The notes beneath the pieces are model-generated. The model was not told the origin of the DNA. It was given only the letters and a program-made list of their open reading frames with translations, and made no database searches. From Vicugna vicugna (Eukaryota), in NCBI GenBank assembly GCA_013265495.1, contig MU057744.1:746001-810000 (forward strand): 64,000 nucleotides of DNA, written 5' to 3'. Both the position numbers and the translations under genes were made by a program. This document shows positions 28,501-42,700 of the stretch, one piece after another (position 1 is the stretch's first letter; every line of letters starts with the position of its first letter).

Positions 28501-30137
28501 GTCAGTAAGGTGCATTCCTGAGTTCTGTGAGCCAGTCTAGAAAATTATCAGACCTGCGCAGGGGGTCATGGAGACCCCTGATTTAGAGCTGGTTGATCAA
28601 AAGCTCAGGTGACAACCTGGGACTTGCGACTGGGCTCTGAATCCGGTGCCATCTTGTGGGACTGAGCCCTTCAGCGATGGGATCTGCGCTGACTCCAGGC
28701 GGTTAGAATCAGAACTGAATTAAATTGCAGGACACCCAGTTGGTGTCAGAAGAGTTGGCAAATTGGTTGGTGAGGGAAAAAAACACACGCATATTCGGTG
28801 TCAGAAGTGTTACGCGTGAAGACAGTCCAGACTTGGTTTATTAGCAATCCCAACTGTTAGCCGTGGGCCCTGGAACAGGTCTCAGTTTGCCTTTTTATGC
28901 CCACAGGGTGTAGTGAGACAAATGGTATTTGGACTCTAAGGGCATTTTATAGTTCCAAAATGCAGAAGAATGACCCTCATCTCTACTTCCTGCACCATCA
29001 TTCCTGCTTTTCTACGTGTGTGATTGAAGTATTCCTATCACAAATTATGCAAAATGACCAGCTTATACCATGGAAAGAAGGGACACACATTACTCAGTGG
29101 GGGACACTAAGCAAAAGGTTGGGATGGAGGGAGGGTAGAGCTCAGTGGTAGAGCATGTGCTTAGCATGCACAAGGTTCTGGGTTCAATCCCCAGTCCCTC
29201 CATTAAAAAAATAATAATAAATAAATAAACCTAGTTACCCCCACACACACAAACAAGTAAATAAAATAATGAAAATTAAAAATTAACATAAAAAGAAGAC
29301 TGGGGTGGGATAGAGGACAAGGAATCAGGAAAGTCCTGCAGGAATTGGATATCTAAGCAATCTGTGTGCCTGGGACTCAAAGGCAGCAGCATGCAAGAGC
29401 TTGCTTGCACCAGCTTTCAGAAAATTAAATTATATAAACTTGCAATTAAATAAACGATAATTAAAAGCGGAGGCAATAAAGACTTGAAGCTCATCATATC
29501 CGAATTACGTTACTCTTAGCTATGTTCTTGACGTTATTTGAATCTGTTGCCCCTCTCGGGTGAGAACGCTACGTAATGGTTCACCTCTTGTCAACCCCAG
29601 GGTAAACGACATGATGTGAGTAGCTGCAAACTGGCCATGGGGGGAGTATTGACGCCGCGGGAACAGGCAAATGCTGTAAACGAGGTCTCCCCCCAGCCCT
29701 GTAAAGCCAGTCATTAAGCATGATCCAGCACACCATTAAAGGGCAGAGGAGTTCTAGGCTCAACCGACCATATGCAATTGGGCGGGGAGGTGATTCTTTT
29801 TTTTTTTTCAGATAATGGGAGAAAAAGGAACTTAACTTTAAAAACACAGTCTGAGCTTTCCCCTCTTTTGCCAAATTCTACAAAACAACCCAAGAGAGCA
29901 CCATTTCTATCATAAGAACATCCCCCCCTAGTCACTGCAGGGGAAAAGGGTTTTTTCTCAGCCTGGGGTTCATCGCAGGAGATAGTTCTGAAGAACTTGT
30001 GTTTCTAACTTTATACTTGTGGAAGGGACGGCAAAGCAATTTCAAATGAGAAGGAGATCTAAAAAACAGGACACCTGTTCATTCTAAGAATACGTTCCCC
30101 TGAGGTCATGAGGGAAAAAGGACTGTGTAATATAAAA

Positions 30138-30191
<54 letters not shown>

Positions 30192-33100
30192 AAATTTAAA
30201 TCCATGGGAACATTTTTAGGTAATGTTACATGATATTCATTACGTTATCCTTAATTAAATAGTAACATGATTGTCTCATTATGGGGAGAATCTACTGAAG
30301 AGCAAAAAAGAAGCATACTTGGCCAAGTTTCCAATTGATTCTCTGTCGTTAGCAAATATATTATAAGCTCCATCCGTCTTCCATATCAATCCCACTAAAC
30401 CTTGGCTGAAGGCGACCACCGCGGGAACCTGGTTCTCATCCTTCTTGGAGAAGGTCGTATGGAACTGCAGACCATCTTCAGGATAAAGGAAGATGGCGTA
30501 GGAGCTGGACTCAGACGAGGCCAGAACCACCTGGAACGTGTTTCTCTGTGAAGATGAGTTAAAATTCAGTGACTCAGGAAAATATCTAGAGATCTTAAAA
30601 TATGCTACTCACCAGACTATGAAAAGACAGCGAGATGGCAGTACTGTCACCTTATCCTAAAGAAGTACTTTTGGAATTACAGCCGTTATCTTGTAATAAC
30701 CTTTTTTTTTGAAGTTATTTTTTAAGTTTTTTAAAATTGAAGTACAGTCAGTTGCAATATGTCAGTTTCTGTGCACAGGACAATGTCCCAGTCATGCATA
30801 TACATACATATATTCGTTTTCATATCGTTTTTCATTAGAGGTTATTACAAGACATTGAATATAGTTCCCTGTGCTGTACAGAAGAAACTTTTTTAAAAAT
30901 CTATTTTTACATATAATGTCTAACATTGGCAAACTCAAACTCCCAAATGTATCCCTTCCCACCCCCTTTCCCCAGTAATAATCTGTAAAAATACTGAATC
31001 ACTATGCTGTACACATGAAACTAACAGAATGTTGTAAATCAACTATACTACAATGAAAAACAATTAACTGGAAGAAAACAAGTACTTTTTAAAGTTTCCT
31101 CTTGGCCTTTTATTTTTGGTCTAATTTTTTGTGGGGGGGGTAATTAGGTTTACTTATTTTTATTTGTTTAATTTTTAACAGGGGTGCTGGGGATTGAACC
31201 CAGGACCTCGTGCATGCTAAGCACATGCTCTACCACTGAGCTACGCCCTCCTTCCAAACAGAAGCACCTTTGTAGCAAGGATCAAGCATCCCAGGATAGT
31301 TCCACTTAAGTATCTCTAAGGCTATGTCAACAGGAAACTTCCTAATTAACTAACAAATACCTTCTGCATCACTGTGACCCTAAGGTTAACCAAAAATTAT
31401 AGAGATAGTACCTCCAGACGGTGGCCTAAATCTCACGCAATTTTAGCAAATTATCCTCAGAATTTGCTTCCACAGCCATTAAACGTATTCAGCCACGGTC
31501 CTTATTTAGCATGTATTTATCATGGCCAAGCGCCACGCAGTAAGAAAAGACATGAGCTCCGGGAGAGAACAGAGCTGGATCCAAACCCTCGCTCTCCTCA
31601 TCACTGGCTGTGTGACCTCAGACCTGTGACCTCGGACCTGTGACCTCAGCGCTCTGAGCCTCGACTTCTGAATCTGTAAGATGGAGATAAAACCACGGAC
31701 TGTGGAGAAACGTTAGGAGGACTCTGAGAAGGCAGATGAAGGCCAGACACAAAGGAAGTATTCCTCAATGTTACACCGCTCCTACGTGCCAGGGGTTGCC
31801 CTGCGAAGAATACTAACACGTGATCCCACACTGAGAACTGACAGTCCAGGTGGGAAGACGGCCCTGTCGACGAAATATCGCCACGCTGGAGGACAGATTC
31901 CAGAACTGAGTCGTGTGCACGCCCTCCAGGAGCCGCAGGGGCAGTGCCTGAAGTGGGCAGGGGTGTGGGCAGAGGAGGCTGAATGCACCAGCAGGAGTGA
32001 GACCCGAGCAGTGAGGGGCAGGGAGAGGCCGGCAGAAGCCGAGAGCACAGCCAGCGCAGGAGACTGCGGGTAACAAGGAGCCAAACGCCGGGACCAGGGA
32101 ACTGCGTAACATTTAACACAGCTGCTGCGAGGGGGCCCAGAGAAGGAAGGGGCGGGGATTCGGCTGCAGACGCAGATGAGAGCTCCCTGCAAGAGGTCAG
32201 GTAGCTGCCCCTCGTCAGAAACTGGCAGCATTGTAAACTGACTGTATTTCAATATTTTAAAAACAAACAGTGGAAGGGGCACACACTTGAGAAATGGAAG
32301 GTTTTAAGCAGTTTTCAAGCACTGCACTCAAGCAGGTAACACAAACAGGTGGTGAAGCCACATGTGTCCGACACGCCCACGCAAGACTCCCCAGAGTGTG
32401 CTCTGTCCAGTGCGACGGGTCTCATCTGGGAGGGAAGGGGTTAGGCCTAAAGGTTCGGGGACAGCTGAACTAAACGAAACTAAGCGAGCGTCTTTACTGT
32501 AGGGATTTCCAGAGAGAGTCACCAAGAGGGAGACAGGGTTTTAGCACTTCCCAAACGAATGTGGCCTGAGGGGTCCTTTTTCTTGAGGACGGTCTTGTAG
32601 GACCTGTGTTCCCCGGCACATACTTTGGGAACCACCAGCCAGGACCATTCCCCACTTAAATGAAGTGCTTTTGGACCTTCCAAGTTTCTCTCTACCTTTT
32701 TTTATAGCATTGCTATAAAATGCTATAAAAATTAAATAACGGTGGAGCGAGATTATTTTTCCAAGGAGAAACTGAGGCACGTTCCAAAGAGTCATTCCAG
32801 ATCTAGGGATGGTATTTTGACCTCTGGAAATGCCCTCCGTCCTTCAAGGCCAAGTGCAAGCTCTACGCACTCGAAAGCCTTTGCTGTCACCTCTTAGTAA
32901 TAAATTCCCTGTTTATCTAGACACCATCTCCCGCCATCCACCACCCCAAGTAAGAGCAGCCAGGGCTGCAATTTATCAACCCTATTCCTGCCACATGGCC
33001 ATCTTCTCAGGAATTGGCTTTTTTGGGGGGATGGGGGCAGGAGGTAATTAGGTTTATTTACTTACTTTTTAATGGAGGTGCTGGGGATTGAACCCAGGAC

Positions 33101-36100
33101 CTCATGCACGCTAAGCAGGGACTCTACCACTGAGCTGTGCCCTCCCGCTAGGAACTGGATTTCTTGACATCCAATCATCATTAAAGCAGGGACTTAGGTA
33201 GCCCTGCCCATAAAAGTCTTGGAAGTTTCAGAGCTGCAACAGACAGCCTACTAGATTTTGCTCTGGGTGTCCTGGCTTTATCAATGACATGGGTGATGGC
33301 ACATACATCAGAGCAGCACACACCGAGAGACCAAAGCACACAAAGCCAAGCCGCCGACTGCCTGCGCTCGTGCCTCAGTGCGTGCTTACCTTCTCCTCCT
33401 GGGCAGGGTCCTCGCTGGGTCCTTGGTAGGGAGCCACAGATTCCCAAGTGACAACCACCACGCCACTGGGCTTGAAAGAGACTTCTGGGAACCCTCTCTG
33501 GACACACTCTGCCGCCAGCCGAAGGACAGCGGGGGATAAGTCTTCCCGGTAATACACCTTCCCCAGGCCGTCTGTCGTGTCCAGGTCGGCCAGGAAAGGG
33601 GCGACCGCTCCGAAGGTCGGTGGGAAGAGCCCAGGATGGGATTCCTCGGCGGGGGGTTCACTCACGGCAATTAGGCCATTCGTGGTGACCTGTACAAAAA
33701 CCAAGCATAGCTGAAAGGAGGGCAGACACGACCTTCCCCCGGGAGACTGAGCAGCGGTCACGGTGCATCCAGCACGACGGCGCGCAGACACGACGGAACA
33801 GGACAAAGGCAGGGCCGGAGCCGTAACACCCAGCTGGCCTTCCGGGGAGGCTGGCCCGGTGGAAGGCGGCTGGGCAAGGATCCCAGGCCCTGACTCTGGC
33901 CTATGCCAGTCTCTGGACCTCGGGCAAGGGCCTTACACCTGGGGCCTCAGGTTTCCCACGTGTGCGTGCGGGGCTCCACACACGGAGCATCACTCAAACA
34001 TAAGCCATCTTTAAAGCCGGCGTTAACTTACTCAACAAACGGAATAATCACTACACACCAGGGCTGCGCTAAGCGCTGTGGGTCCCGAAACAGGCAGAAC
34101 AGAGGCTCTGCCTTTGAGGCACCCACAGTCCAGAAGACCACGGGGAGGGACTAACAGAAACAGATGATGAGACAATGAGTGTCACCAAGTCACCGTGAAC
34201 AGGCCATGACGCCACCATCACTTTGAACAGTGTAATGTGTTAGGTCCCCAGCTAACAATTACTCCGTGTTCGCCATGCAGACCTCCTATTAGCATCTAAT
34301 CCTCGGAAGAGCCTCTCAGATCAGTTACCATTATTATCCACACTCTTCTGAGGCAGCAAACGAGGCAAGAGTTACCAGCAAGGAGCAGCACCAGGGTCTG
34401 AACCCAGGGGGCCCGACTCCGAAGGCAGCCCCCTGAATCAGCACACGTACAGCCTTCCTGAAATCAGCTCTCTCTGCCCATGAAAAGACTCCACTGTTCT
34501 CCCCCAGCTGACACCCACACTCCTCGGGAAAGTGGGGGACAGGCGACAGCCTTCCGGGGGTGGGCGTGCTCGGGCTTAGAATGAGCTCTCGGCCCCTCCC
34601 ACGTTCCTGTGAGCGCGCAGTGGCAGCGAGCAGCACCACGCCAGTGGTCTTTTTACTTCCAGAGCCGGAATTAAAACAAACAAAAAAATCCCTAATCCAC
34701 TGCGAGAGCCTTGCCAATGGAGTCCTAGTTTGCACTTTGAGGCTGCAATTCAACGCCGTGCAGTCACCTAGAACGAAAAAGACTACGAAAAGGAGTGCAT
34801 GTGTGTCTGTGGATGACTGAGACACGGTGCTGCATACCAGAAATGGACACACTGTAGACTGAATAGACCTCAATTAAAAAAAAAAAAAAGAAAGAACACA
34901 TCCCTCCTCCCCGCTAAAAAAGAGGCTGCAGATTGGAAGAGCACTTCAGGAGTTGCTCAGAAGGCCTGTGGGTTTTCCAGGTCACGTATTTCCCTCCCCT
35001 CTCCCCCCGCAGCCTTACTCGTCTGTCCTTTCAGACCCCATTCCTGGAGGGGGGCGGGCAGACAAGCAGGAAAGGAGCTTAGGCCCAAACCTGCAACCTG
35101 CCAAGAGCCAGGCAAAAAGGCTCAGTGGTGGAGCCGATTGGGGCCCCAGGAAGGGAAAGGAATAACAGTTCGGGGAGTTAAGTACGGGCCTAGAATCCCC
35201 CCTTTTCACCAAACTGCACGGGCGGTTAGCTGTTCCGCTGACAGAGTGTCCACCACCAGCTGACGCTGGCAGTGATTTTCTGGAACGCAGGGACAGGCTG
35301 CAGAGAAGGGAGTCGGGGAAGGAGCTCCATCCGGCTGGTCTCGCTCCCTCTTCTCCCCCACCCCATCCAAACATCTCCCAGCACAAACATCCCGGCTGGG
35401 TTTACGTGGGGGAGCGTGGGAAACCACTCACTCTCTCAAGCCACCAGAAGCTGGCAGTTGCCGGCTGCCAGTGGGAAGTGGTCACACACGGAGGCCGCAT
35501 ACAGACCAGACCGCTCAGTTTCAAAAAGCTGTTTTTCAGTGAAATTTAAATCCGTCCAACCATTCTGAAAATGCTGCCAGTGTCTTTCATTATTTAGAAT
35601 CCAGGCACAGCGATGTTTCTGTTCGCAAGAGGCAGGCTTTAGCAGTGGGGTTTTTAGACAAGTACCGCGAAGCCCTGCAAGCACTCCGGACAAAGGCCGG
35701 GGGACCCTCATTAGTGTCAGTGCTGGGAAACGAGCTTCCAGCCAGTTTCACGGCACATCCAGTTCACTTGTCTGTGATGATGGGGAAAGGTGAATGTCAT
35801 GTATGGAGCACCCAGAAGTTTCCTTTGATCCTTACACTCCTTAGTAAATGGTTTTGGTCTGGGGTTTTGTCTCTCTCCAGACACGCCCATTAAAGGCAGC
35901 GTGAAGAACAGCATTCCCTTGCGTCTGGGTGCCAACCTCTTTTTCACAAATCCCTCCAGCTTGTGATGCTCTAACTGGCCTTGCTCCTTTTCTCCATCTT
36001 TTTAAAGTCGAGCAATTCCGTAGACAGGCAGGGGCACAAAGGGAAGGGCCTAAAAGCACTTAGGAGGCCAGGAGGCCAGACCTGGGTACAAGTGAGACAG

Positions 36101-39100
36101 GCTGGGGCCTGGGACCCTCTCCCGGCTGCACTTGCACCCGGACAAATGTCTCCTCGAGCAACAGGACACAAAGAAACTCTAAGAGACCAAAAATAACTAT
36201 GTGCATGTGCAATTGGGGCAAATTATGAACAACAAGATATGAAATGACCAAAAACCCAACTGCCACTTCTGAGCAAAAGCAGGGACCACATATGATCCCT
36301 GCACACAGCACCACCAAGGGGGTGGGCCGACCCCCCCAGCCCGACCCACCCATCCGCCCCACCCTTGGGGAGCCAGCAAGGGAACCTGTTGCTTGTTTTC
36401 ACCTCCTCCCACTGCAGCACGAGTCCCAGCAAACACTTGCCTGAATTTCCCATCTGGCCTCTGATCAATTTCTATTGATTAAAGAGGCCAAGGACCAGGT
36501 TAGTAACCCAGTCTCCAAGGCGACCAGACGGAGGCCACAGAGAGATTCACGCGTGACACCCATTCACCCAGCTGCTTATATGAGGACAGCCGGCAATCGG
36601 CCTTGATTCCTTCCTCTCTCTCATCCCAGGCCCTGTGGGTCCGGTCTCCAAACTATATGCACTTTCTCCACGTCCACCAGCACCCCCTCCACCTCCAACA
36701 TCCATACGACTCTTTCCTGCATGCCCCAGGGCTCAGAGGAAACACCCCCTTCTAAGGGAGCCTTCTCATCCACCCAGTGTAGGCCCCTCTGGCGGACCCT
36801 CTTCCTCCCTTCCCTCACTCCCGACCCCCGATCTACACCTCCGCCTCTTCTTTGCTTCTTTCCAGGCACAGACCACAGCTCGTCACGATCCCATTTATGC
36901 ACCTGCCGGCTCTGCTGCTCTCCCCAGGGGCAGCACGCCCCGGGCCAGGACCAGGTCCGTCCTGGCCTCTGCTGCAGCTGCAGGGCCTACGCCTCGCCTC
37001 GCACGCGTCAGTCCCCTCCTTCCCGACTCCCTCCGGGAAGTGGGGCGGGCAGGTTCACGCGGGACAAGGCCTGCAGACCAAGGCTGTTGTAGCAATACTG
37101 ACTGGTGAGCCACAGGAAGGACCGCAGCATTACGCGTCACCACGGTTCTTCCCGCTGGGGGGTGACGTGGTGACCAAAACGGTCTGCGTAAACGTGTGCT
37201 GATCGGGGAGGGGACAGCTCGGTGGTAGAGCACGGCTCAGCGTGCACGAGGTCCTAGTGCGATCCCCGGCTCCTCCATTAAATACACAACTAAGTAAACA
37301 AATAAACAACCTAATTATCCACCCCCCAAAAAATTTTTAAAAGTAAGTAAAAAAATGTTTTAATGTTTAAATGTGAACTGATAACTCACATCTAGGCAAG
37401 TCTCTAGATCTAACTCCACTTTACACAAAAAACAGGGGACAGAAACACACTTAAAAGATATCAGAGAAATGTGACCAGCAAAACCCAGAATATGGGACAT
37501 TCGGAAGGACAAACACCCAGTTTATTTAATAAACACACTGCATGAGAAAAGGCAAAGGGAGCCTGCAGATTTCAGAAGTCCTAAGAAACGTATCTACCAG
37601 ATGTGATGTGGCATCTTTGCCTGGATCCTGACTTAAACCAGGAGCCAAATAAAATGTTTTACGAACCTATACAATATTGGATGGTATTAAGGAATTGTTA
37701 TCAACTTTTTAGGTGTGATCATGATTCTGCAAGTTTTTTTTAAATTGAAGTATAGTCAATTTACAATGTTGTGTTAGCTTTGGTGTACAGCAGAGTGAGT
37801 CAGTTATACATATATATTCCTTTTCATATTTTTAAGTTATAGATTACTACAAGATAGTAAATGCAGTTCTCTCTGCTGTACAGTAGAAACTTGTTGTTTA
37901 TCTGGTATATATAGTAGTTAGTATCTGCAAATCTCCAACTCCCAATTTATTCCTCCCATGAATCTGCAGTTTTGTTTTTTAAAAAAGGCATTTTTTAGAG
38001 CCGCATTCTGAAATATTTACAATGAAATAAAATATTTGGGATTTGCTGACAAACAATCCCAGTCTGGGTGAGGGAGGGCGATCCGAGGGACAGGTGGGGA
38101 CAGAAGTGAAACTAGACAAACCATAAACTGATACTTGTTGAACTGAGTGGTTCACGGGAGTGGATGGTAACGTCCTCTTTATTTGTGCGTAAGTCTGAAA
38201 TTTTCCAAAAGAAGCTGAAAAAAAGATAATGACGTGACTGATCTAAAGTTGAGCAAAGAAGGGCAGTTAACTTTCACAGCTAAGCCCACACTAACGTCCT
38301 CCGTCAGGAGGAGGGCCCGGGCACTTGGCGTGAACCCCTCCTTCCGCAGACTTGCCCACCGCTTCCCTCGCAGCCGCCGCGCCTCCCCTACCGGAGGAGA
38401 CTTTCAGGAGTGTCAGTTGTAGGAGGTGAGCTGGACAGCGCTCCTGAGCAGAGGTGCTGTGAAAACAGGTTCAGTAATTTAAAAAAGTTACAGAGGCTTG
38501 AGGCCCCAGGTGCAGCGCCCTGAGTCCCGAAAGAAACACTGAATAAATACAAGTATTCACAGCCGTCGCCAGGATTATCTTCTGTCCACCACCTCTGTGC
38601 CAGCTGAAACCTTACATGGATCACGGGACCAGGTTTTAGTTTTGATACGAATGTTGGTGAGGAGAAGGCCAAGTGGAAATACATGTGCTGGAAAAAAAAT
38701 TTTTTTAATTGCTTACACGTCTCCAAACTCACCATGGTGTTTCACCTGCTTAACTGCACAAAGGCGGCGTGTTTCTGCATCTGTGGTCCCCTCGGCCTCG
38801 AAGACCCTCACTCAGCTCATGTCCTTGGCAAAGTCCCATTTCTCCATGTGACGCCCTCCTGCCCTCCCCAAGCAGAGTTTATCACCAGCTCCTTTCTCTA
38901 TCTTGTGTTAAAAAAACAAGACAACAGACCTAAAATGGAGTCACTCATGCTAAGCCCCATTTCACCAAACCAAGACTTAATTAACTGCAGTTTCCACTCT
39001 CCCGGAAATGCAATCTTAAACCAGTCAGTCAGGAACCACTTGATCAGCACTTGTGAGGTCATCTACTGGGAGACCCCTGCCATCCTTTCATGGAAAGTAA

Positions 39101-39674
39101 CTTTGCCATAACCAACCTGCTTTTTTAAAAAATATATTTTTATTAAAGAGTAGTCAGTTTACAATATTGTGTCAATTTCTGTGTGCAGCATAAGGCTTCA
39201 GTCACACATGAACATACATATATTCATTTTCATATTCTTTTTCACCATAAGTCACTACAAGAGATTGAATATAGTTCCCTGTGCTATACAGTGGAAACTT
39301 GTTGTTTACCTATTTTATGTATATTAGTTACTATCTGCAAACCTCCAACCTGCTTTTTTTGCCAGATAACTTCTTTTTGCCCGCTCCCTTCTGCCTACAA
39401 AAGTCTTTCTTTTGTCCAGCTCCTCGGAGCCCCTTTCTACCTGTTAGATTGGATGCTGCCCAATCCAAGTCAATTTTTGCTCAAATAAGTTCTTAACATT
39501 TTTAATACGCCTCAGTTTGTCTTTTAACCGTTTGCAGTTAGCACCTCGGGGCCCAGGCTCGGGTGCCCTGCGTCCCAGAGGCACCACTGCTCACACTCCT
39601 AGCTGCAGATTACACAGCAAAACTCTTGTGAACTGAGTGCATTCCTGAGAAAGTGTCTGGATTACTGAGAGGAG

Positions 39675-39740
<66 letters not shown>

Positions 39741-42700
39741 TAAAAATTATCGTCTTGTGGTAACTCTAACCAAATACTGCCTTGCTGAGGTTCTTGGTAG
39801 AGTAAATACCTAATTTTTTAATTGAAAAACAGCTACCTCCAGCACACTGACCATTGTAAATATCGCCCTAAATCTTGTTGACAGTTCACACTGGGATAAA
39901 GAAGTTCCTTTGGCAACGTTAACGGTCAGCTCAGTGTGTTGCCAGCACAATTTAACGCCCCTTTACAGAGCACACCTGTTCAGTCACCCCAAGGCACACA
40001 CCAGACTCTTCATCCAACAGGACCATCAATTACAGCACAAAACAGCCCCCAGGGTGGGTGGGGGTGGGGTGTGGAGGGAGGCATGGAATGCCAGCCCCCC
40101 ACGGCTAACAGCTGGTGTCACTTACGTACAGTTGTTTCAACTGGACGGACAGCAAGAAGTGGAGGGGCACACCACTAAGTCCTGATGGGGAGTGAGCCCT
40201 GTTTTAAAAAGCACTTCTAATCTCCTGTCCAGGTTTAAAGTGACTTTACAGGAGGCGTGAAGCCCTGGAGAAGGCCTAAATGCAGATACTCAATACGCTA
40301 GAATTGCACGTTATAGATTCCTTACATTCAAGTGAGCAATGAGAAGTGAAACAAAAAGCCATCGTCTTCGGCTCACAGGGCCTCGTAGAGCTCCTCAGGG
40401 CAGAAAGCCGGCTTTAAAACAGATGCGGTTAAGAATACTGGAGGTAGGCACAAATGAGAAACAAATGGGCTCCTTTTAGAAAGGCAAATAGCTGTGCTGG
40501 GAAGACAATGAAATCGCAGGGAGTTGCAAGAGCCAGCTTCCCGGGTGGGGAGAAGCCGGAACTTAAGGTGAAGTAATTCAGGGCAAAGGAGGGAAAGGCA
40601 GCAAACACTTATGCTAAGTTTGAGGCCCTTTAATAACGCTGTTCACTTTTTCAAAAATTTAATACAACCACTCCTTTCATGTATATCAAACAGACAAGGA
40701 AATGGCAAGAGACTTAACTTAGTGTCACGTCACACTGCCAGCTACTGATGGAACCTAGCTTTGACCCACATCTGGTAGAGTCCGTGGCCTGTGCTCTTTC
40801 TGTTCTGTTCATTCGCCTAGTTTAGAGAAATTGGGAGCAAAAGTGATGGACGCTGCAAAGCTTCATAGAATGGCTTCATGGACCGAGACTGGGCAGCTAG
40901 AAAAAGCTGGAAACCTTAAAGAACCTACGGGGTGGAGGGGGAAAATTGATGAAGAAGTCCCAGAAATAGCCGGCACTAATGATACAATCAAAGTGGAGAC
41001 TGACTGATTCCAGCCTAGAGCCCAGGGGGGACCTGGGGCCTGACCCCCTTGTGTGGTACTTCACAGTTTACAGAGCATTTTTACTCCAGTTACTGTATTA
41101 ACATCATCTTCGTTCTTCATGTAAGAAAAAAATGAGTTTCCATTTATAGGACTTGCCTAAGATCACACACAGAAGTTCCAGAACAAAACTCTTGAGTCTA
41201 AATGCAAATTTTTTCTATTAACTCCACAGAGCCAGAGAAATGACTCTGGCTTGAATTAGAAACAAAAGGATTAGTAGATGAAAATAAGGCGTAATCTAGG
41301 GGGAACGGTTGAGTCAATGTTTTACACTTAATCCAGTTAATGTCTAATGAGAGACTGGATCAGTTTAGTTACCCATCTTCTTTGCAGGAAATTTCTTCCT
41401 GAGATTACCTTCCAACATTTAAAAATGGCTGACAGTCTTTACATTTTAACTTCTGATGTGTCTATCAGAGAAGAAGTAGTGTCCTTCAGCGTCCCAGAAC
41501 AGGCGGTGGTCAGGGAAGGGAAGAAAAGGACCTTGTCCAAACCCTCAGTCTCAGGGAGAAGTGTGCCCTTCCTTAAACACCTCAGATGGAGCTGTCAGGT
41601 GCTCACCTGTGCTGGCTGGAGCACCAGGACTCCCTGAATTTGGATTATACCAATCCCTTAATTTGAACAACCATCTCTTAATTTGAATGTCAGAAATCAG
41701 AGGGAAAAAACTGAACACTCACCTGCCTTTCCAGAATGAGGCATGTGTGACTGAAAAATGCTGCCTGCCCTTCAGCAAACAAAGGATGCTGCGACCATCA
41801 AGCCACTACAGCCGCCCCGCCCCGACGGGGAGCCCTGAGGGACTCAGGATGGAGACTAAGGGGCTGCCGGCTGCCCAGCCCTCAGCCACAGCTGCCACCC
41901 CAACAGCGCACTCAGAGGGGGCTCCGGCTGGGAGAGAACAGGACACGGGCCCTGGATAGCTACGGTGCACATCAAAGGAATGATTTCAATGAGCCCAGAC
42001 TCTCGCACCTTCCTGCACATAGAAAAACACTGAATTCCTTAACTTGAGGTGTCTGGTTTTCTTTAACTGACGGTAATCTTTTGACGTTACCTCTACCTGG
42101 TCTTTGTTGCAAAAACTCCTATGTATACTGGCTCCTCCCCTACCTCTTCGGAGCAGTTCCTCAGAGCCATCTGAGAGGCTGCCTCCCAGGCTTGAGATCC
42201 TCAGAAAGTCCACCAAATAATAATTCTCAGCTTTTAGGTTGTGCATTTTCTCAGCTGACACGTGTCAGTGGACGCCAAAGCCCCCATGCATGAGGGAAAA
42301 CCCTTCTGTACAGAAGTATGCCGGCTAGAAAACACAGAGAGAATGACAGAAACCAAGCCACAAATGACAAAACAAAATAAAACACCATCTGGCAACCCTT
42401 AATTTAATAACTGATTCAGGCAGAGACCATTGATGGTTGCTACAGACATTAAGCGAAAGGTTGATGGGTGAGGGAACAGCTGCGGGAGGCCGAAGTATCA
42501 CCCCATCGCTTGCTGGCTGCTCAGAAGGGGAAAAGCATGACTTAGCAGATACGATGTAGCTGTCATCGCCTCAGCACAAGCAGCCAGCAGAGCAAAAGCC
42601 AGACGTCACTTGCCTCCCAATATTATACGATATGATACATATGGCTTCGTTCATGAAGTATTCTTGTTAAATAATGCTTAGCCTGCTCAATAAAAATACA

